Shown one piece after another: positions 37,261-46,113 of a stretch of 64,000 nt of DNA; position 1 is the first letter of the stretch, and every line of letters starts with the position of its first letter. The notes under the pieces were generated by a model. It had not been told where the DNA came from, made no database searches, and worked only from the letters and a program-made list of their open reading frames with translations. The translations under genes and the position numbers were made by a program. The stretch is from Candidatus Amesbacteria bacterium GW2011_GWB1_47_19. GTDB taxonomy: Bacteria > Patescibacteriota > Microgenomatia > CAZETR01 > Amesbacteraceae. The stretch is from the NCBI GenBank assembly GCA_001002325.1, contig LCNZ01000006.1, positions 130 through 64,129 on the forward strand, read 5' to 3'.

Positions 37261-37279
37261 GTATCAACAGACATTTCTG

Positions 37280-37480
37280 TTAGTGTGGCTTTGCCGTTAC
37301 CTGCGACTTACCAAGAGTTTTTTTTATATTGCGGACTGTAATTTGAGTAACCATGTTGTCCTGGACGAATATTTCCAGGCTGCCAAATCCCTGAATTGTT
37401 TTTAAAGAATGGATAATTTCATCAATTAAAGATTGTGACAAAATCTGAGTAGAGTACTTATTCAGGGGTTTGGCGCTCAT
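37280..37480 (-). CDS. DUF2292 (YezD-like) small protein
   Basis: IIHSLKTIQGFGSLEIFVQDNMVTQI resembles the DUF2292 pattern. Confidence 0.7.
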   Translation of the reverse strand: MSAKPLNKYSTQILSQSLIDEIIHSLKTIQGFGSLEIFVQDNMVTQITVRNIKKTLGKSQVTAKPH

Positions 37481-38124
37481 TGTAAATTCAAATCCACTGT
37501 GGATTTTTCACCTTCAATTTCTCCGATCATAAGTTTTAAATTTTTATCCGAATCATTTATCGGAAACCCCAGTCGCGTGTATTTGGTGGAAGTGGGCTGG
37601 ATGATAACCGGATCGTTATGTATTTCCGGAGCTAATAATTCGGCAGTATTGTCATTGACGGTTAATCGGAAATAATCTTTGGCGTTGATTTCCAAAGCCC
37701 GGGCAAAAGTGCTGGTTATTTTTATCGTTAGTATAAGAAATGACCGGCCTTCGACCGATGTCGCTCTTTGACCTTTGACAATAATTTCATTGCGAAGTTC
37801 TGCCAATTCAAGCAGAAATTTCACCTCGGTTACTGTTTTTCCTTTTGAATCATTCAGTGGAAACAGAAATTCCTGATTCAGTTGCTGAGAAGCTGTAGGA
37901 CCCGCTATGACTACCCTGCCGTCTGCAGAAATGTTTGTCCTGGATATTGTTTTTTTGGCAGTTACCCTGCGTAATACTCCCAAAATCCACCAAATGGTAA
38001 TACCGGCAGTAATAATAAGGATAAGTAAAGGAAGAGTCTTTTTCAATCGCCAGCGTCGTAAATTTAGCCTGTAGGTTAAAGCCTGTCTGATGCGAACCGG
38101 ATAGTCTCTAAAAGATAAAGTCAT
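37477..38124 (-). CDS. membrane-anchored hypothetical protein (Ig-like/DUF4352-like extracellular domain)
   Basis: One TM, then a beta-rich domain (FLILTIKIT..YFRL..TKYTRLGF). Start uncertain (38124 chosen; ORF extends to 38181). Confidence 0.6.
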   Translation of the reverse strand: MTLSFRDYPVRIRQALTYRLNLRRWRLKKTLPLLILIITAGITIWWILGVLRRVTAKKTISRTNISADGRVVIAGPTASQQLNQEFLFPLNDSKGKTVTEVKFLLELAELRNEIIVKGQRATSVEGRSFLILTIKITSTFARALEINAKDYFRLTVNDNTAELLAPEIHNDPVIIQPTSTKYTRLGFPINDSDKNLKLMIGEIEGEKSTVDLNLQ

Positions 38125-38186
38125 GATCTGTCTAAAAAAACAAAAACTGCCTTTTGGCAGTTTGGGTCTGAATGCTAACAAGAAGC

Positions 38187-38636
38187 TTATTGGTTGTCAA
38201 TAGTAACCCTGATGCGGGTAGTAACAGTACCTGCAGCTTTGGATATTTCGACGGAGATTTTGATGTTGTCAGCACCGGCACCAACTAATTTGTTCAAAAC
38301 CGAGTCGTTGGTTTTTGTCTGGACATAAGACCTGACATTAAGCCCTATGGCATTAATCTTTTCTTTATACCAGAGGGTAACTTTGTCCGGATCGTCAGGT
38401 GTCTCGTAAGTATCCGGTGATACCAAAACAGAGCCCGGATAGAACCAGATGGTTTCGGGGGGAGGGGCTATCGGCAAGACCGGGGTGGTGCGGGCGACCG
38501 GAACCGGGGTGCGGGAGGGTACAGGAAAAGGAGTCGGTGATAATTCCGGAGTTACCCGGGGGGGGATGCGAGGCGGACGGAAAACGATTCCGAAGACAAA
38601 TATCAGGGAGGCAGCTAATATTGCCAGTGCTTGCAT
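38187..38636 (-). CDS. membrane-anchored hypothetical protein with Pro/Thr linker
   Basis: N-terminal TM, PTP-rich linker, YPGS..YETPDDPDKVTLWY domain. Confidence 0.7.
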   Translation of the reverse strand: MQALAILAASLIFVFGIVFRPPRIPPRVTPELSPTPFPVPSRTPVPVARTTPVLPIAPPPETIWFYPGSVLVSPDTYETPDDPDKVTLWYKEKINAIGLNVRSYVQTKTNDSVLNKLVGAGADNIKISVEISKAAGTVTTRIRVTIDNQ

Positions 38637-38669
38637 ATCCTCTCCAATTATGACACCAGAGTCAATTGT

Positions 38670-39212
38670 TCAGACGGGAGTAGCCGTGAGAATGAGGCGC
38701 TGGCGATCCAGAAAACCAGTGCAGGTATACAGAACCAATGCAGAATCAGCGGCGGTGACTGGTGAAAGGGCTGAAATTTCTTTGGGGCTGACTTTGGAAA
38801 TGTTGATTATTTTGAAATCGCGGGTGCGGCCGTTGGCAAAAGTTATACTAATAATCTGACCTGTTTTGGCCTGATGTAAGGGTTTTAAGAGACGCGGCCA
38901 GTTGTGGCCGTACATGATGGACACGCCTGATTGACCGGGAAGCGCTGTGGATAAAAGAAAAGTGACCCCGTCGGGAGTGGCGGGAAAACGGGAGCTGAAG
39001 ACATCGGCGGCATATACCGGCAAGTCGATGCCCACTTCCGGCAGTAAAATCCGGGAAGGAAGACTGGTAACACCCAGCTTTGAAGGCGGGTTACGGGTAA
39101 AGCCGGATGCAGGAATCGACAGTGGGGCGAATCTTTCCAGTATCAACAATCCGGCGGCAGCGAAAGCCAATAGCGAGAGGATAAAAAGAAGCAGGGGGAG
39201 TTTAGCGGTCAC
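38670..39212 (-). CDS. sortase (second copy)
   Basis: N-terminal TM and catalytic triad IMYGHN / LVLYTCTG / RLILTA. Confidence 0.88.
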   Translation of the reverse strand: MTAKLPLLLFILSLLAFAAAGLLILERFAPLSIPASGFTRNPPSKLGVTSLPSRILLPEVGIDLPVYAADVFSSRFPATPDGVTFLLSTALPGQSGVSIMYGHNWPRLLKPLHQAKTGQIISITFANGRTRDFKIINISKVSPKEISALSPVTAADSALVLYTCTGFLDRQRLILTATPV

Positions 39213-40053
39213 GGTTGTACTTTTTGGCAGCTAGGGACAGTACCAAGAGGAAAGATCCCAATCCCAGAAGAATGGAGATCATGACCTGATTACCTGTGGG
39301 AGCGAAAGAGGCGGTACCAAGGACGGCTCCGCCGACGGGTTTGTCAGAGGATGAATCAGAAGGCATACAATTATTGACCGCCTTCACGGCAAAGTAATAA
39401 GTCTGACCCGGATCCAGAGCATCAACGGTGTAGGAAGTGACTTGGCCGGTATTCGGGACACCATATATATAGTCTCCGGGTTTAAGACCGTAAAGAATGG
39501 TGTAGTGGGTGGCATTGTCTATCAGACTCCAGGCAAGAATAGCTTTGGTCCCCTGGCGCTCCACCGACAACAAAGTCGGAGGCTGAGGTTTGGCTGAATC
39601 ACATACCGGGGCACCGCCGGTTCCGGGAGGGCTGAAAGTGGGAGTAGGTTCGGTACCGCCTTCATGGCAGTTGTAGCCTGAATTACGAGCGACATAGGGA
39701 GCGGCATCCAGGCCCCAGACAGCACCGGAGGGGACGAATGTCCAACCCGCCGGGACAGATTCAGAATACTTCCACCAGTCTGTCTGAATACCTGAACCGG
39801 AACCTGCGGGACAAAAACACTGAATGAGTCTGGTGTCACTCAAGGTGTATACACTGTCGCTGCCCGAATAAACCCCTGGGTCACCCACAATACCATGAAT
39901 ACCCGAGTCGTAGGCTACTTTGAGGCTGCTGCCGGAAGGGTTGGTACAGGAAGGGAAATCCGGGACTGATTGTGAAGCTACAACCGGAGAGGCAGATAAG
40001 AGAAGTGACACTAGCAAGCTTAAAGCTAAAGTGATGAGCGATATATATTTCAT
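39202..40053 (-). CDS. secreted Cys-rich + fibronectin type III protein with sortase-like sorting signal
   Basis: Signal peptide, FN3 (LAWS..YTILYG..YTVDALDPGQTYYFAVKAVN), AVLGTASFAPTG, TM helix and KKYNRDR tail. Confidence 0.85.
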   Translation of the reverse strand: MKYISLITLALSLLVSLLLSASPVVASQSVPDFPSCTNPSGSSLKVAYDSGIHGIVGDPGVYSGSDSVYTLSDTRLIQCFCPAGSGSGIQTDWWKYSESVPAGWTFVPSGAVWGLDAAPYVARNSGYNCHEGGTEPTPTFSPPGTGGAPVCDSAKPQPPTLLSVERQGTKAILAWSLIDNATHYTILYGLKPGDYIYGVPNTGQVTSYTVDALDPGQTYYFAVKAVNNCMPSDSSSDKPVGGAVLGTASFAPTGNQVMISILLGLGSFLLVLSLAAKKYNRDR

Positions 40054-40148
40054 GAGACAGGGCAGAAGGTACCCTGAGGGCAGCCAGGAAGAATGTAGCC
40101 AGTAGTATACTACGGGCTAGTTTGAATTGCAAGTTTTTGTCTTAATTC

Positions 40149-41228
40149 TCATTGGACTATGGGTTTTCCGGTAAAAAATGTTTTGACAACATCCGCCGCC
40201 GGACGGTAGGTCAGATTGGAACCAAATTCGTCCCCGATCAGACTGGCGGTGTTACCCATGTGAACCCAATAGTTGACCCCTACCAGATACTGCTTTTCCC
40301 GCAGGCCGGAGTACATCAGGGTAATAACTTCCGCCTGCAGCTGGTCCGATACAGGCTGGAATATCTGATAACCCCATTCTCCCAGGAATACCGGTACCCG
40401 CCAGCGGCGGTAGAACTTGTCCAAATCAGCCAGAGTCTGGACCGTAACCATAAATGGATCATCCATCAGTCCAATGGTATTACTCTGACTGACGAAATGA
40501 TCCACGGTAATTATGCCCATCTTGTCTACCACTTCCTGAGTCAGCTGATTCTCCACCACCCAACCGTTGATTGATATCCAGTTGGTATGAATCTGTTGTT
40601 TGAGACCGATTGATGCAAATGCGCGGTTGGAAACCGTGATCTGAGACAGAAGAAAATGCCGGTATTGATCCCAATTGAGAAATCTTTTTCCCAAACCCAC
40701 TCCGACGTTTTCTGCCTCTACGGCCAAAGTAAAAGCATCTCCGGGTAAAAATAATCCGGGGTTAGCCTTGATAAAGCGCTCTGTCCGGGCGAGGTATTCT
40801 TCGGGATTGAGCGTTGCCGGCTGTCCTTCGTCCCCTTCCCAATCCGCCCAGTGGCTTCTGAACCAGACATGCAGACCACGGGCATGGATGGCATCCGCCC
40901 ACATATACAATTCATCCACCCGGTCATACGGTGTGCCGACAGCAATATAATTTACTCCCAAGTCCGCGACAAGTTTGACCTGTTCGGCTATAGCCCGGGC
41001 ACTGACGTCCGGCCAATGTTTACTGATAACCTGAGTGTCTATACTGCGGATGGACCAGGCAGAATCGGAAGCCGGTAGGGTTGGTTGGCTGTAATCTCCC
41101 TGGGGATAAATAACCCTCTGATGTAAGTAAATCAGTACGGCCTGAGACAAACCGCCAATAAGACAAGCTATCAGCACCGCCAGAGCAAAAAAGTCACGAC
41201 GGAAACTCTTTATTTTTGAATTGATCAT
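40149..41228 (-). CDS. putative glycoside hydrolase (clan GH-A-like TIM barrel), membrane-anchored
   Basis: N-terminal TM, GLHVWFR, VEAEN (candidate acid/base), TVDHF, VFLGEWG (candidate nucleophile) and GVNYW. Confidence 0.6.
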   Translation of the reverse strand: MINSKIKSFRRDFFALAVLIACLIGGLSQAVLIYLHQRVIYPQGDYSQPTLPASDSAWSIRSIDTQVISKHWPDVSARAIAEQVKLVADLGVNYIAVGTPYDRVDELYMWADAIHARGLHVWFRSHWADWEGDEGQPATLNPEEYLARTERFIKANPGLFLPGDAFTLAVEAENVGVGLGKRFLNWDQYRHFLLSQITVSNRAFASIGLKQQIHTNWISINGWVVENQLTQEVVDKMGIITVDHFVSQSNTIGLMDDPFMVTVQTLADLDKFYRRWRVPVFLGEWGYQIFQPVSDQLQAEVITLMYSGLREKQYLVGVNYWVHMGNTASLIGDEFGSNLTYRPAADVVKTFFTGKPIVQ

Positions 41229-41231
41229 AGG

Positions 41232-42839
41232 TCAGGGTAGGTCTTTGGGAGTCAGGGGAGTGGCTGTCCCGGGATCCAAACGGTAAATGTGCGAGAACGA
41301 ATCCTGATAAACCAATCTGTAATTATTAAGGAAATCGGGATTCTGGCGTAAGTGGTTGTCCACTATATCACCCCGGTGAGAGATGACATAAGCTGCGTAA
41401 GCCGAAGGTTCGGCCAAAGCTACATCCCAATAGCGCCTGACACCTTCGGTAATAAAACGCCGCAAAGGAAGCCCTGACCTGAAAAGGAGGGCATCGTTGC
41501 TGGAGGCAGCAACCAGAATCAAACCTTCCGGGGCGTGGTTTTGAATCCAGGCGGCGGCATCATCCAGATATTCTCCGCTGGCTCCCCGGACGCCATCTTC
41601 GATAGTGATAATGTTGTTACCTGTATACATAAGCGCAAACTGAATGACTATGACCGCCAGAGCCAATGCGGCAAATACTTTTTTCCTGCCGGCCAGAAAA
41701 CCGATAGCCAGTGCGGCTGCAGGCAGCATCATTACCCCGTAGCGATCGTTGAACCAGGTATAGGGAGGCAGATCCGGAAGATAAATAACGGAGTGTCCAA
41801 AAAAGAGACTGGTGACGTTGAAAACGAAAGGGGTTAACAGAGCGGCTACCGCCACTTTAACCATGCGTGAATACCGCCCGGAACTGAAGAACATTCCACT
41901 GCCTGCCAGGCTGAGAATGAGTATCCAGGTACCCAGGTTGTAACGGATCGTGAACAGGTAGACAAATAGGGAGTAAATGAAATCGAATTTGGTAGCCAGA
42001 CCGAGCTGGTACATAATGGCATCCTGCTGGGCTTTGGCGGAGAAAGGCCCGGTGACGAAGTAGAAAAAGTCTCCGAAAATTATCCGGTTCCAGAAAAGCC
42101 ATAAGACGATACCGAAACCAGCCAGTGTGCAAAAGAGAAAAAAATTGCCCTGGGCGAAAATCCACCCTTTTTTTTGTTTACCGATATAAGCCACGGCCAG
42201 CCCCATATATGCTAACAGAAACCAGCCGTCGTATCTGGTAATAGTCGTCAAAAAAGTAAAAAATGCCGCTTTGACAAGTGAAGATGTATTCAGGTCTTCG
42301 GTCCATGACAACAGGTAGAACACTGAGGCGATGGTTAAAAATAACAGCAAGGATTCCGTCATGGGGGTGGTTTGCAGGAAGATCAGGTTGGGATTGAGAC
42401 AATACACGGCCAGGCTGATGATAACTGCAGGTGTTGAAAAACGGAGCTTGCCGGAAATCCGAACCAGATAAATACCTCCGAGGACGTAGGAGACCATGGA
42501 AATCAAACTGCCGGCGATACCGCTGTGCCAGAGATAATCATTTGACACCAACGGCAATTCCAGGATGTGGAAAAGAGGCAACCAAACCGATCCGATCTGG
42601 GCAAACCCGGGCTGCAAACTGTCTACCATTCTGCGGGCGATGTTCAGATGAGAACGGGCATCGTTATAAGACAAAGTGAGATTCTGACGGAAATAAAATA
42701 TCCAGGCACCAATACTTATCAGGATCAAAAGGACCAGACACGCGGTCAGAAATCCGGCCGGGTTTCGGACCGGCTCGAGGCGAGTTGAACCAGACAGCGG
42801 CCAGGTTAACGTAATCCGGCGGGAGTTAAGACTGATCAT
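41232..42839 (-). CDS. ArnT/PMT-like GT-C membrane protein
   Basis: YNDARSHLNIARR..GSVWLPL, TPMTE and TRYDGW motifs. Start re-called to MISLN (42839). Confidence 0.72.
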   Translation of the reverse strand: MISLNSRRITLTWPLSGSTRLEPVRNPAGFLTACLVLLILISIGAWIFYFRQNLTLSYNDARSHLNIARRMVDSLQPGFAQIGSVWLPLFHILELPLVSNDYLWHSGIAGSLISMVSYVLGGIYLVRISGKLRFSTPAVIISLAVYCLNPNLIFLQTTPMTESLLLFLTIASVFYLLSWTEDLNTSSLVKAAFFTFLTTITRYDGWFLLAYMGLAVAYIGKQKKGWIFAQGNFFLFCTLAGFGIVLWLFWNRIIFGDFFYFVTGPFSAKAQQDAIMYQLGLATKFDFIYSLFVYLFTIRYNLGTWILILSLAGSGMFFSSGRYSRMVKVAVAALLTPFVFNVTSLFFGHSVIYLPDLPPYTWFNDRYGVMMLPAAALAIGFLAGRKKVFAALALAVIVIQFALMYTGNNIITIEDGVRGASGEYLDDAAAWIQNHAPEGLILVAASSNDALLFRSGLPLRRFITEGVRRYWDVALAEPSAYAAYVISHRGDIVDNHLRQNPDFLNNYRLVYQDSFSHIYRLDPGTATPLTPKDLP

Positions 42840-44325
42840 AATCAGATGAGCGGTGGTGCAGATATACCAAGCAAACACCGGAAAAAATTAATATGTATAA
42901 AATGATCGCAAAAATCTGCAAACTGAGGTAGGAAGACAGATAAGTCCGAAAAATAAATGAGCCGGATATCCCGGATTGAAGAAGTGAAAAATTGTGCAGA
43001 AAAGTCAGCCGGGGAATAAGGGAAGCGGATTCGGTTTCAACACTGGGTGGTATCTGGTTGGTAGTCAGAACCCCGGCCAAATTGATGGCCAGACTATAGA
43101 GAAACAGACTAAAAAACAATAAATTAAACCATAACTTCCGGCCATATTTTTCGATAGCTGTGCCTAAAGGCACAGCCAGAAAAGCCATTGCCGGAATCAG
43201 GTAGCGCGGACCAAAGGCCCATCCGCCCCAGGGGTCACCCCACATTCCATAAAGGGCTGTGACGGCAAAAATAACTCCGGCTGCAGTCCATCCGAGGGAC
43301 CGGTCCTTTTTTATCAGAGGAGCCAAACCCAGCAAACCCAATAATAGTACCGGGGTGAAGTAAATCAGCCCCCGGTCGCGGCTGGTTAACAGCACTGAAA
43401 GACTGGCCGGCAATTGCTGGTATTTAAAGAATCCGACAGCCCGGCTGTAATCGGATCCAGAATCCGACCATTCATCCAGAACTGGCTGACCGGTGGTGAT
43501 ATCAAACCGACGAACATTGGTCAAAGTCCCGGCTAACTGAAAAGGATTGTTGTAAGCCAGGCGGTTGTACCATAACAAGGGAATCAATCCCAGTACGAGA
43601 CCGGCAACAATAACCGTTAGTGAAAAGTTTAATGAAACGGAAATTTTGTCCCTAAATGATCGGATGTCCAGGTAGCGATAAGCCAGAAGCAGCAACAGCG
43701 GAATAAAGAAAATCACATTCGGATATTCAACAAAGATACTAAATCCGACCAGAATACCGATTAAAAAAGTCCGTGAGGGTGACCGGGTGAGTTGAAGCAT
43801 ATAAAAACAGGACAACAGCAAAAAAGTGGTCAGATGATGCTGGTAAAAAGTGGCCGAATAGGCCCAAGCCGGAGACGCAAAAGTGAATACCAATCCGGCA
43901 ACCAGACCGGGATACGGATTTCCCAGGAGCCGCCGCAGAATCAGAAATATTAATACCAGGTTAGCCCAGGCAAAAATAGCTGACAAGGAAAAAGTCATGA
44001 TTTGGGCTAACCCCAGGCTTTTGCCAAGTGAATACAGGGGTACCGCTAAAAGTGAAACTCCGGGGGCAAAAAGGGAAACGTATTTTCCCCCGATGTAACC
44101 CAGATCGGGAACCACAAACCGGGCAATAGGGGTGGTGAAGAAAAAAGAATTGTTTTCGACCACGGACATAGTCAGGGCATATCTACCGCGTTCCGGGGAC
44201 AATTCGAAAGGCTGGGACGGACCGCGCAAATTCTCCAATATTTCCTCAGGAGCCGGATTGCCCGGCCGGCCGTGTAAGGTCAGCATCAGGAGCAATCCCG
44301 GCAGGAGAAGGGCAAAGGTTTTCAT
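42826..44325 (-). CDS. GT-C-like multi-pass membrane protein
   Basis: APGVSLLAVP, WAYSATFYQH, RGLIYFTP and WGGWAFGPRYLIP motifs. Confidence 0.68.
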   Translation of the reverse strand: MKTFALLLPGLLLMLTLHGRPGNPAPEEILENLRGPSQPFELSPERGRYALTMSVVENNSFFFTTPIARFVVPDLGYIGGKYVSLFAPGVSLLAVPLYSLGKSLGLAQIMTFSLSAIFAWANLVLIFLILRRLLGNPYPGLVAGLVFTFASPAWAYSATFYQHHLTTFLLLSCFYMLQLTRSPSRTFLIGILVGFSIFVEYPNVIFFIPLLLLLAYRYLDIRSFRDKISVSLNFSLTVIVAGLVLGLIPLLWYNRLAYNNPFQLAGTLTNVRRFDITTGQPVLDEWSDSGSDYSRAVGFFKYQQLPASLSVLLTSRDRGLIYFTPVLLLGLLGLAPLIKKDRSLGWTAAGVIFAVTALYGMWGDPWGGWAFGPRYLIPAMAFLAVPLGTAIEKYGRKLWFNLLFFSLFLYSLAINLAGVLTTNQIPPSVETESASLIPRLTFLHNFSLLQSGISGSFIFRTYLSSYLSLQIFAIILYILIFSGVCLVYLHHRSSDYDQS

Positions 44326-45365
44326 ACGAACTTAAGCTTTAGTACCCTAGTAATGTTAAATAATCCGGGGCGGCTCTGCAAATAATTAAAAACCGTAATG
44401 GTCAACGACCACCAGGCACGGATCCATAAGTGAGAAGAGTAAATAACTGTAAATTGTGTATAGGAGTGGGGAGTAAAATCCTTTTTGTACCGGTTTGTAC
44501 CCCGGGAAAAATCCAGAGTGTGAAAATTACAGTTCATTGATGTCTGAAGCGATTGGTATAACAGGATACGACCGGGGATCAAATGGGCATATTCGGCTAA
44601 AAAAGCTATTTGATAACAATGGTATGTGCCGTGACTCGCGAAACCAACCTGATAGCTTACCGGCCGGTTCCGGTAATACAATAAATTAACCAGGATAGTC
44701 CCGGGGCGGTATTGATCGATCAGGTTAAAAAGGCGGGCGATGGCCGGTTGGGAAAAGACTTCCTTGTGTTCAGATTTCTTGGTACTGCGTCTCTCGATAT
44801 CCAAAATAACCGGAAGTATGTCAGCGAAGCTCCCGGCGGAAGTTTCCAGGCGGAAACCGTCAGGGTCTGCAGAGATGACTTTACGGATTTGTTTTTTGTG
44901 CTTGGAATTTAAGAAACGGTATGGGTCCGGCTGCAGGGGAAGAATCCAACCGACCGAAGAAAAAAAGATTTTCATACAGGGATCCGACGAAAAGAGAGAT
45001 TTATGAATCTCGGGAGTTTCACTAAGATAGACATTTCGTAATTCTTTTAATTTGATTAACAACTCCCCGGTTATCAGAGGGTCCCGCTCCAGCAACAGAA
45101 GGGACGACCGATCCAGATATTGGTTACCGGGAGGAATAAAGCACTTAATACCCCATTTGCGGGTTTGGACCAACGGCAGGACGGCAACCAGCGCCGAATT
45201 CCGATATACAGCCAAAATGGCTAACATGGAGTAATTGAAAACTGAACGGCAGGCAAGAAACCAAGCGGGAGAGTTGAAAAGATGACCGGAGTCCGACCGA
45301 TCCCACAGGTCCTGCCAGGATGTAAGCAACCCGGCGGTTAAAGAATAGTAAATTTCAGACTGCAT
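44322..45365 (-). CDS. GNAT family acetyltransferase (CelD/BcsL-like, Acetyltransf_6)
   Basis: LFNSPAWF, LVAVLPL and PGRILL..LDFSRGTNRYK motifs. Confidence 0.8.
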   Translation of the reverse strand: MQSEIYYSLTAGLLTSWQDLWDRSDSGHLFNSPAWFLACRSVFNYSMLAILAVYRNSALVAVLPLVQTRKWGIKCFIPPGNQYLDRSSLLLLERDPLITGELLIKLKELRNVYLSETPEIHKSLFSSDPCMKIFFSSVGWILPLQPDPYRFLNSKHKKQIRKVISADPDGFRLETSAGSFADILPVILDIERRSTKKSEHKEVFSQPAIARLFNLIDQYRPGTILVNLLYYRNRPVSYQVGFASHGTYHCYQIAFLAEYAHLIPGRILLYQSLQTSMNCNFHTLDFSRGTNRYKKDFTPHSYTQFTVIYSSHLWIRAWWSLTITVFNYLQSRPGLFNITRVLKLKFV

Positions 45366-46113
45366 AGTAATAAATTTCCCGGGATAAAGGAGGGATACCT
45401 GCAGGAAAAACCGCCGGAGTTTGAGAACGGTAACCGGAAATAAGCCGGTGTCTGACCGTCGGACTCACGGGTAATACACTTTTGTGAAGGTGGTGCTGAC
45501 CGATAAATTTCATGTCAGGGCGAAATTTCTGATTGTAGGGGAAATCACACCAGTAAATTACCCTGTTAGGCAACTGAGAACATATATTCCGAATAATGAC
45601 ATGGTCTACATGACGGCCGATTGACAGGGGAGCGAAAACCACTGCCTCTGAAGGTACCGCCCGTGACAGCCGGTGTGATAATTTATCTATTAGACCGGAA
45701 TCAGCGGGTGACGATTTTCCGGTAACTACATGCCAGCGATAGGTGGGATAGACGGCTCCAAGCTCGGGAATGAAACTGCCCGGGAATCGTTTTTTTCGGC
45801 GCCAGAGAGCGTCCGTATAATCCAGATCAATTGGTTTTATTCCCAATGTTTTTAGAATCCCGGCATCTTCCCGTTTGCGGATGATAAACAACCGCCGGGC
45901 ATCCGGGCTGCCGCACTGGCGGAGGTAGACGGCGGCTGACAAAGTCGGACGGAGGTTATCCGCACGGGTAAAAACGTTAATAATTTTCACCTGGGTTTTG
46001 CGGGAAAGCCGCGAAATCAGTCCACCCGCGGAGAAAACTGCATCATCCAGATGTGGAGAAATGAAGTAAACTGGTAAACGATGCTCAATAATGCGATCTA
46101 TCAATTTTTTCAT
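45355..46113 (-). CDS. PIG-L/LmbE family N-acetylglucosamine deacetylase
   Basis: SPHLDDAVFSAGG, RKRED, HVDH and YRSQ motifs. Confidence 0.88.
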   Translation of the reverse strand: MKKLIDRIIEHRLPVYFISPHLDDAVFSAGGLISRLSRKTQVKIINVFTRADNLRPTLSAAVYLRQCGSPDARRLFIIRKREDAGILKTLGIKPIDLDYTDALWRRKKRFPGSFIPELGAVYPTYRWHVVTGKSSPADSGLIDKLSHRLSRAVPSEAVVFAPLSIGRHVDHVIIRNICSQLPNRVIYWCDFPYNQKFRPDMKFIGQHHLHKSVLPVSPTVRHRLISGYRSQTPAVFPAGIPPLSREIYYYAV

